This document shows positions 27,702 through 34,588 of a stretch of DNA of 41,545 nt, piece after piece; within the stretch, counting starts at the first letter, position 1, and each line of letters opens with the position of its first letter. This DNA comes from a virus. Lineage: Duplodnaviria; Caudoviricetes. Position numbers and translations under genes: made by a program. The DNA lies in IMG/VR virus record IMGVR_UViG_3300048574_000389, positions 1-41,545 of that record; one strand, 5' to 3'. Under the pieces are notes generated by a model, which had not been told where the DNA came from, searched no databases, and was given only the letters and a program-made list of their open reading frames with translations.

Positions 27702-29276
27702 ATGGCAACAAGCGTTGTGACCCCCGGGCTTACCGGGGGCCAGACTGACTTCCTCCTACCGTTCGACTACCTGTCTCGGTCGCACGTCTATGCCCAGGTT
27801 GAAGGGGTGCCAGTCGCCCTTTCATTCCTATCTACCTACATGGTCCAGATCACCCCGTCACCCGTGGGAACCCTCTTCATCTACCGAAAGACCCCCTCCG
27901 ATGAACCGATGAACGTCTACTCGGACGGCTCGGTTCTCATCGCGAATGACCTGAACCTCTCGTTCATCCAGTCGCTCTTCATCTCCCAGGAGCTTGAGGA
28001 CGTCTCGCTGAACAAGGACGCGCTCGGGCAGTGGGACATGGATAACCTCCGGGTCACCAATGTCGCCGCTCCGGTCAATCCGAACGACGCCGCTAACAAG
28101 ACCTGGGTGACCACTCAGTTCAACTCGGGTGTCGATGCCGGTGTCGCCAAAGCTGCCGCCGAGGCCGCTCGGGATGCCGCGATCCTTGCCAAGACCGGCT
28201 CGGAGAGCGCTCGCGACACGTCGATCCTTAAGGCCTCCGAGGCCACCGGGAAGGCGAACGACGCGGCGGCTAGTGCTGCATCTGCCCTGGCATCGAAAGA
28301 CACCGCGGTATTGAAGGCCGCTGAGGCATCTGCCTCCGCAGTGGCTTCCGAGGCATCCAAGGTGACCGCAGTCACCAAGGCCACCGAGGCGTCGTCCTCG
28401 GCCACCAGCGCGGCCACCAGCGCCACAACGGCGACCACCAAGGCCTCCCAGGCCAGCACGTCGGAAGCGAACGCAGCAGCCTCCGCAGCGGCGTCCCTGG
28501 CGAGTAAGAACGCATCGGAAGACGCCAAGGTTCTCTCTGAGGCCGCTCGGGACGCCGCCATTGTGGCGAAGAACGCAGCCGAGACCGCCGAAGACTCCGC
28601 AGGGACCTCCGCGTCCTCCGCGTCCATGTCCGCATTGACGGCAACCACGAAGGCCTCCGAGGCTTCCGCGAGTGCTACGAGTGCAGCGGGAAGTGCCTCG
28701 ACGGCTACCACCAAGGCCTCTGAGGCCGCAGCGTCGGCAGCGGAAGCCGCGAGCTATGCGGGTGTCCTGGACCCGTCCAACATCTACACCAAGGCGGAAG
28801 TAGATGCAGCCCTCGCCGGGATCGACATGTCCACCAAGGCCGACCTCGACAGCCCGACGTTCACCGGAACGGTAACGCTCCCGGAGACGACCGCAATTGG
28901 TGGCGTGACGGCCACAGAAATCGGCTACCTTGACGGCGTGACGTCATCAATACAGACGCAGTTTAACGGCAAAGCAGCAGCAGCGCACGGGCACTCTTAC
29001 ACCGACATTTCAAACTTCGCCGCTGGTGCTGTAGCGGCTCAAGTTGGCGCTACAGCCGGTGGTGTCGGGTCCTACGCTATGCTGTCGGCCTATAGCTACA
29101 GTATCAACTTCGTTCAGGGAACCAGCTACGCAGGTAGTAATCTTCGTTTCTCTGGCATGGCGGGTGGTACCGTCTCACTTGACACTGACGCCCCTTCTGG
29201 AACTTGGCGGTGTATGGGCAGGGTCAAGAGCGCCTCCGGAGCCATATCTCTTACACTGTTCCTGAGGATCGCATAA
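27702..29276 (+). CDS. Tail fibre protein (gp17-like N-terminus, Ala/Ser/Thr-rich shaft)
   Basis: FDYLSRSHV..., IYRKTP, DGSVL..NDLN; TTKASEA repeats; C-terminal GTWRCMG..LFLRIA. Confidence 0.9.
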   Translation: MATSVVTPGLTGGQTDFLLPFDYLSRSHVYAQVEGVPVALSFLSTYMVQITPSPVGTLFIYRKTPSDEPMNVYSDGSVLIANDLNLSFIQSLFISQELEDVSLNKDALGQWDMDNLRVTNVAAPVNPNDAANKTWVTTQFNSGVDAGVAKAAAEAARDAAILAKTGSESARDTSILKASEATGKANDAAASAASALASKDTAVLKAAEASASAVASEASKVTAVTKATEASSSATSAATSATTATTKASQASTSEANAAASAAASLASKNASEDAKVLSEAARDAAIVAKNAAETAEDSAGTSASSASMSALTATTKASEASASATSAAGSASTATTKASEAAASAAEAASYAGVLDPSNIYTKAEVDAALAGIDMSTKADLDSPTFTGTVTLPETTAIGGVTATEIGYLDGVTSSIQTQFNGKAAAAHGHSYTDISNFAAGAVAAQVGATAGGVGSYAMLSAYSYSINFVQGTSYAGSNLRFSGMAGGTVSLDTDAPSGTWRCMGRVKSASGAISLTLFLRIA

Positions 29277-29705
29277 ATGGAATACCGAAACGCTGCCTAT
29301 TCATCTCCAACATCTATCGACATGGAGATCGAACACCCTGTCTTCGGGTGGATACCATTCACTGCCACGTCAGACGACGTTGAGGAGAACGGAAGGCTTC
29401 TCTTCGAAGCAGCAAGGGGCGCAACAACTCCCTGGGTCGAGCCGGAACCCGGACCCCAGGAGTTCCCCGCTCTCACCGCGAAGAAGTTCTGGAAAGCCGC
29501 CGCCCTCATGGGTGTCACCGAGGAAACCGTCCTGGCCCTCGTAAACCAGATCGAGGACCCGGTCGAACGCTTGACCCTCTCGGTGGACATCCGGCGCTCA
29601 GAAACCTTCTGGCGCACCGATCCGCTCATCGCATACTTCGCCCCGCTCGTGGGTCTCTCGGACACCGAGATCGACACCATGTGGCTTTGGGCGGCAGACC
29701 TCTAA
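29277..29705 (+). CDS. Tail fibre assembly/chaperone-like protein
   Basis: IDMEIEHPVFGWIPFTA..DD.E..GR.LF; follows the fibre gene. Confidence 0.75.
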   Translation: MEYRNAAYSSPTSIDMEIEHPVFGWIPFTATSDDVEENGRLLFEAARGATTPWVEPEPGPQEFPALTAKKFWKAAALMGVTEETVLALVNQIEDPVERLTLSVDIRRSETFWRTDPLIAYFAPLVGLSDTEIDTMWLWAADL

Positions 29706-29745
29706 GGGTCCCTAGTGGACCCTCTTTCCCAACTCGAAGAATGAA

Positions 29746-29973
29746 ATGGAAAGCAATCTCCTCAACGAAGTACAGCGCTCCCTCGGGCGCATTGAAGGCA
29801 AGCAGGACGCCCTCCTGATCAACCAGGAGCGTCTCCGTGAAGACTACGACGGTCTCCGCAAGGACGTCGATCACCTGCGCTTCAAGCTCAACTGGTACTC
29901 CGGCGCTATCGCCGTCGCGGGTACCGCATTCATGCTGTTCAAGGAACGCATCACCCAGTTGATCCTCGGGTAA
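29746..29973 (+). CDS. Small coiled-coil + C-terminal TM protein (holin-like, gp17.5 position)
   Basis: LGRIEGKQD coiled coil then a hydrophobic tail. Confidence 0.6.
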   Translation: MESNLLNEVQRSLGRIEGKQDALLINQERLREDYDGLRKDVDHLRFKLNWYSGAIAVAGTAFMLFKERITQLILG

Positions 29974-29976
29974 CCC

Positions 29977-30204
29977 ATGAGCGCCGCATCTCTAGACATC
30001 ATGGCTCGACTCCACGGCGTCGTAGCCGAGGAACTCCTGAACCGCATCAAGGATGGCACTGCGACTGCCGCTGACATCTCGAATGCCATCAAGTTCCTCA
30101 AGGACAACAGCATCGAAGCGCGAGCGGATAAGAACGCCGCCGTTGCCTCGCTGGCATCCCAGTTCCCGACCTTCTACGACGAAGACGAAGCTCGGTCACA
30201 TTAA
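29977..30204 (+). CDS. terS: Terminase small subunit (gp18 homologue)
   Basis: LHGVVAEELLNRIKDGTATAADISNAIKFLKDNSI. Confidence 0.88.
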   Translation: MSAASLDIMARLHGVVAEELLNRIKDGTATAADISNAIKFLKDNSIEARADKNAAVASLASQFPTFYDEDEARSH

Positions 30205-30261
30205 GCCTCGTGGGGGACCTATCGGTTCCCCTCGTCGCCCTTCTTCACCCTCAGTTTCCCC

Positions 30262-31989
30262 TTGACCTACAAAGACGCCCTCAAGTCCTCCACCGCCGGT
30301 GTTGAGGCCGATCCGCTGCGCTCCGATTTCAGGAAGTTCATGTGGCTCGTCTGGAAGTACATCAACCTTCCGAACCCAACCGCAGCCCAGTACGACATCG
30401 CCCGGTTCCTCCAGACGGGGCCGAACAAGATTTGCATTGAGGCTTTCCGAGGCATCGGGAAGTCGTTCATCACGTCGGCCTTCGTCCTCTGGGTGCTCTA
30501 CTGCAATCCGCAGATGAAGATCATGGTTGTCTCGGCCTCGAAGAACCGAGCCGACAACTTCGTTACCTTCACGCTCCAGCTCATCAACCTCATTCCCGAG
30601 CTTCACCACTTGAAGCCCCGGTCGGACCAGCGTTCCTCGCGTGTCGAGTTCGACGTCGGCCCCGCCGAGCCTGACCAGACACCCTCGGTGTTCGCCAAGG
30701 GCATCGACAGCCAGCTTACCGGTGGTCGTGCCGACATCATCGTCTCCGACGACGTCGAGGTCATGAACAACTCCATGACGGTTGCAGCGCGAGACCTCCT
30801 GGTCGAGAAGACCAAGGAATACTCGGCTATCTTGAAGCCGCTGGCCCACGCTCGCATCATCTACCTCGGGACCCCGCAGACCGAGGACAGCATCTACAAC
30901 AAGCTGCCTGAGACCTTCACGACGCGCATCTGGCCAGCCCAGGTGCCCACGAAGGACGAAAGGCCTGGTTACGGTGACAGCCTCGCTCCCTTTGTCGAGG
31001 CGATGTACGCCGCCGGGAAGCACGGTTCCCCTGTGGACCCTGAGCGCTTCGACAGCGCGGAACTCCTGGAGCGCCGTGCCGAGTATGGTGCTGCTGGCTA
31101 TCAGCTCCAGTTCATGCTCAACACCAAGCTCTCCGACGAGGAGCGCTACCCGCTCAAGCTCAAGAACCTCGTGGTCATGCCGGTTCCGCCCCAGAAGGCC
31201 CCGTATGACGTCCATTGGCTCCCGAACCCCGACAGGTACCTCAAGGACCTCCCGACCTACGGGATGGCCGGTGACCGCTACTTCGCAGCCGCAGGACACT
31301 CCTCGCAGTTCGAGGACTACCAGCACCGCGTCATGTCCATCGACCCATCGGGCCGAGGCAAGGACGAGACCGGCTATGCCGTGGGCTTCATGCTCGCCTC
31401 GAACATCTGGGTCCCCAAGGCCGGAGGTTTCCAAGGCGGCTACGAGACGGAGACATTGGATGCCCTGGTGAAGATCGCCAAGAAGTACAAGGTGCAGACC
31501 TTGGTCATCGAAAGCAACTTCGGTGACGGCATGTTCGCCAAGCTCCTGGAGCCGGTCCTTCTCAAGCATTGGGTGTTCTGCGAGATCGTTGAGGTCCGCT
31601 CGAACACCATGAAGGAACAGCGCATCCTCGACGTCCTGGAGCCTGTGGTGTCTCAGCACCGCCTCATCGTTGACCCTGCGGTTATCGAGGAGGACCACCA
31701 GAACATCCAGCAGTACGAGACGTTGGTTCGACAGCACAAGAGCCTCTTCCACCAGATGACCCATATCTGCCGGACGAAGGACGCCCTACGCCACGATGAC
31801 CGCCTGGACGCCCTGGCGATGCTCGTGGGTCACTTCGTTGAGAAGATGAACCAGGACGGCGCTAAGACAGCCGCCAGGGTCCACGACGAAGCCATGAGGG
31901 CCGAGATCGCCAAGCTCCACCAAAGCCCACTCAACAAGGTCTTCGGGGGACACCGACTGACATGGGGCGGGAAGACCGGCCTAGTATAA
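30262..31989 (+). CDS. terL: Terminase large subunit (gp19 homologue)
   Basis: AFRGIGKSFIT, LTGGRADIIVSDDVE, YLGTPQ, IDPSGRGKDETG, ESNFGDGM, HDDRLDAL. Confidence 0.97.
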   Translation: MTYKDALKSSTAGVEADPLRSDFRKFMWLVWKYINLPNPTAAQYDIARFLQTGPNKICIEAFRGIGKSFITSAFVLWVLYCNPQMKIMVVSASKNRADNFVTFTLQLINLIPELHHLKPRSDQRSSRVEFDVGPAEPDQTPSVFAKGIDSQLTGGRADIIVSDDVEVMNNSMTVAARDLLVEKTKEYSAILKPLAHARIIYLGTPQTEDSIYNKLPETFTTRIWPAQVPTKDERPGYGDSLAPFVEAMYAAGKHGSPVDPERFDSAELLERRAEYGAAGYQLQFMLNTKLSDEERYPLKLKNLVVMPVPPQKAPYDVHWLPNPDRYLKDLPTYGMAGDRYFAAAGHSSQFEDYQHRVMSIDPSGRGKDETGYAVGFMLASNIWVPKAGGFQGGYETETLDALVKIAKKYKVQTLVIESNFGDGMFAKLLEPVLLKHWVFCEIVEVRSNTMKEQRILDVLEPVVSQHRLIVDPAVIEEDHQNIQQYETLVRQHKSLFHQMTHICRTKDALRHDDRLDALAMLVGHFVEKMNQDGAKTAARVHDEAMRAEIAKLHQSPLNKVFGGHRLTWGGKTGLV

Positions 31990-32000
31990 GACAGCAAAAG

Positions 32001-32191
32001 TGAAGAGTAGGAGGATTGACTTCTACTCTTCATCTATGCTACCCTATATAACCTAGAGATATCTCTAAGACATCCTTAGTTATCTCTTAGTCTTTAATAG
32101 GTTATAAGTAGAAGTATACCCCTAGAGGACACTGACAGTTCTCTATCAGTTCCCTCCGAGTTCACTCTAAGTGTCCTCCCAGGGGCATACT
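32001..32191. repeat. Cluster of inverted repeats after terL (probable genome-end/concatemer-junction region)
   Basis: TGAAGAGTAG/CTACTCTTCA (32001-10/32023-32); TATAACCTA/TAGGTTATA (32047-55/32098-106); GAGGACACT/AGTGTCCTC (32125-33/32170-78). Confidence 0.75.
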
Positions 32192-32806
32192 CCTCATACT
32201 CTCCCCCATCTTGGTTGGATGTTGGAAGATAGGGATCGCCATAGAGGCCCCTGGAGGGCCTTGGAGTGCTCCCGGCTACCACCATAGCCGACACTCTCCC
32301 CATCGCGCTGTGTGGCCTCGACGGAGTCACGGAGAATGGATTGTTTCCACAGGGGACCCTCGGCGACCTTTTTCTCAAAAAGTCTGTTTCGATATACGTT
32401 ATATGGTGCAACCGCAAATCCCCCCGTGGGGGTACCCGGTGCAACCTAGAATGCCCTATACGGCACGGTTGCTGGCACTGCCCGGCACTAAGCCCTTGAT
32501 TTCATTAGGCTCACCGCTAGATATAGTATCGGATAAGGGCAGGGAATGAGGGGTAAACCCTAGGTTTCCCAATGGTTTACGCGTGACCCTAAGCTTGCGC
32601 GTGTCCCTTCCCACATTTTTCCACCTAGGGTGCACCTTGAGGGCACCGGAAGCCTGTCACCACCGATCACGAAATGTAACAGACTGTAACACTCTCGGTT
32701 AACTCCGGGCTTGCCCATATATAGCACGGGCGCACGGCGCGTGTTCTCCGGATCACAATGGGCACCTATACCGGCCTCCCGCGCCATCCGGCGCATAAAA
32801 AATTCC

Positions 32807-32846
32807 TACGAAAGCGTATTGACGACGATAACGAAACTATGCCAAT
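32807..32846 (+). promoter_or_regulatory. Candidate early sigma70 promoter (copy 1)
   Basis: TTGACG at 32819; 26/29 identity to the unit at 33041-33069; -10 element weak. Confidence 0.45.
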
Positions 32847-33040
32847 GTTTAGTCACGGTGATCGAAACGGTCACCGGGCAGGGGCCTCCGGGCCTCTGGG
32901 TTCTTCTACATCGCTAGACGGTCCCACGGGTAACGTGCTGTTATTCCACCGGTCCAATTGGTTCCTAAGCACTCTACGCCACGGCTAGAAGAGACGGACA
33001 CTGACGGACACGGCAGGAAACAAAACGACGGCAAGAAAGT

Positions 33041-33081
33041 TACGAAAGGGGATTGACTACGATAACGAAGAGAACTAGATT
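33041..33081 (+). promoter_or_regulatory. Early sigma70 promoter with the 18-bp motif in its spacer
   Basis: TTGACT(33053)-17 nt-TAGATT(33076); also fits rhizobial CTTGAC-N17-CTATAT. Confidence 0.75.
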
Positions 33082-33131
33082 GAAGACACATTGAAGAGCG
33101 GCGGTTGAGCCTTACGGGGAACCAAAGCGGT

Positions 33132-33162
33132 CAGGAGTGGAAGCCTCCTGTGTTCTTTGACA
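33132..33162 (+). promoter_or_regulatory. boxB-like hairpin + boxA-like antitermination signal
   Basis: CAGGAG-loop-CTCCTG directly followed by TGTTCTTTGACA (rrn boxA is TGCTCTTTAACA). Confidence 0.65.
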
Positions 33163-33163
33163 T

Positions 33164-33775
33164 TGCTGGAGGATTGACGGTGCGGGGCCTGACAAGCGGC
33201 CCCTAGTGGGAAAACCACGGCACAAGAAATCCGTAAAATCCGCTCACAGGCCGGAACGAAACGTCTGTAAACCCGCGTCCCATTGAACGCGGTCCCATGT
33301 AGCGAAAGCGGCGGAAAACAGGGAACGGTCACGGTGTCCAAACCCGTGAAGCAAAGTAGGGGAGGGCGTCACGTAAAGGGTGGCGTCATCCCCGAAAGTT
33401 CCAGCTAGTAAACCGTGAGTACGGCAAGGGATCGTCAATAGGTGAAGGCGCGGTAGGACTAGCTTAGGCTTGGCAGTCGGCCTTTCTAAGACTGCCCGGC
33501 ATGGAACCGGCTTAAAAATAGGTTCCCGTCTCGTTCTAGGCGTACCAGCCGCTAAGTGTCGTGAGGCCACGGCAACCCGCAAGGGTCGGATAAGGGGAAT
33601 AGACCCCATGACGATTAGCTTAAAGGCAACACCGACCGTCACCGCGTCCTTTCGAAACCGCTAGCATCGAGGCTCGGCAAGCCGCTATCGGATGGACCAC
33701 TGGACCAGCCAGCGACCCTCGCTTGAGAGGGAACGCGGTCCCACCGGATCAATGGCCGTCGCAAGGTGTTGCCCG
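33164..33775 (+). ncRNA. Candidate large, highly structured ncRNA (~610 nt core)
   Basis: No credible + strand ORF; more than 15 helices found by eye, including long-range 33173-81/33431-39, 33447-54/33641-48, 33164-69/33661-66 and crossing pairs 33403-09/33458-64 and 33625-33/33765-73; GNRA loops; many G-U pairs favour the + strand. Confidence 0.7.
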
Positions 33776-33803
33776 TTAAACTAATCAACCAAGGATCGAA
33801 CAA

Positions 33804-34052
33804 GTGACTAAGTATCTTGTCATCTATCAGCCGAAGGGTGCGCTTCGTTGCGAGACGAAGTATTTCGGACCCTTCAACAACTTTGGGAACGCCTACAACT
33901 ATCTGGCGCAGCTTCCCGCCGCCATCGACTGCGAATGCAAGTTTGTTCAGGAGATCGATGCTCCTATACCGCTCGGCGGGGTGCCCTCTGGGTGGTCCCT
34001 CGTGGGAGAACTGTGTCCAAATGCCTACGAAAACGGAGTATCTGCGCCATGA
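33804..34052 (+). CDS. Hypothetical early protein
   Basis: AAGGA RBS, GTG start; first ORF after the structured region. Confidence 0.65.
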   Translation: MTKYLVIYQPKGALRCETKYFGPFNNFGNAYNYLAQLPAAIDCECKFVQEIDAPIPLGGVPSGWSLVGELCPNAYENGVSAP

Positions 34053-34107
34053 CACGCAAGGACTATGAACTGATCGCTTCCTCAAGGCTTGCGGGGTCGA
34101 AACGTGA
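34049..34107 (+). pseudogene. Internally deleted remnant of an MTRKDYELIA...DRFLKACG family small phage gene
   Basis: GGAG RBS; N-terminal MTRKDYELIA fused out of frame at TGATCGC to DRFLKACGVET-stop. Confidence 0.65.
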
Positions 34108-34184
34108 TCCCGAAGGCTGACCATTTCAATCTCGGGGGCATCGTGCTCCTCGCCGTCTTCGCGGCGGTCCTGATCCAACTGTAG
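34104..34184 (+). CDS. Small membrane peptide (26 aa)
   Basis: GTGA overlap; MIPKADHFNLGGIVLLAVFAAVLIQL. Confidence 0.4.
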   Translation: MIPKADHFNLGGIVLLAVFAAVLIQL

Positions 34185-34195
34185 GGGAACCCATC

Positions 34196-34531
34196 ATGCG
34201 CCTTGCGAAATACTCGATGCTCCACATGGAAGCGGTAGCTTGCCTGTGGGAAGCCATGCTGGAGGAGCGCCAATTCTCCACCTTGCACAAGGCCTTTGCC
34301 GATCTCGGCACGGTCACGATGCGCCACCATGCCATCTATCTGTCCGACATGATGCTCAAGGTCTGGGACTGTATGTCCGAAGATGAGCGCGAAGAGTGTA
34401 TCCCCTATGATTGGGAGTTCGCGCCAAGGTTCCTCGAGGTAATCCAATGGGGATCCAACGGACCCGAGTACCCTTCTGATCCCCGCGAGTTCGCGGAGTT
34501 GATCCTGGTCCAGGGCGTAACTGCGCCCTAA
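34196..34531 (+). CDS. Hypothetical early protein
   Basis: AGGGGA RBS; 111 aa. Confidence 0.75.
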   Translation: MRLAKYSMLHMEAVACLWEAMLEERQFSTLHKAFADLGTVTMRHHAIYLSDMMLKVWDCMSEDEREECIPYDWEFAPRFLEVIQWGSNGPEYPSDPREFAELILVQGVTAP

Positions 34532-34588
34532 TCCCTACGATATCGCAGTCATTCCAAATTCAACGCTATTCCACGAAGGAACACGACA

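Noticed and set aside
28130-28760. Repeats in the tail fibre as a CRISPR, DGR or VNTR element
   Set aside because: Degenerate protein-level Ala/Ser/Thr repeats of a fibre shaft; no constant repeat-spacer pattern and no reverse transcriptase
32993-33011. Direct repeat GACGGACAC x2
   Set aside because: Only two short copies; could be chance
32094-33100. Short ORFs in the 32.1-33.1 kb region
   Set aside because: No RBS, atypical codon usage, conflicting strands; better explained as end/promoter DNA, though a tiny gene cannot be excluded
33164-33775. Structured region as tRNA cluster, tmRNA, hammerhead, group I/II intron or rRNA fragment
   Set aside because: No TTCGA T-loop/CCA cloverleaf, no CTGATGA core, no interrupted gene or recognisable intron ends; resemblance to 16S (GAGTACGGC, GCAA loop) is only a few bases
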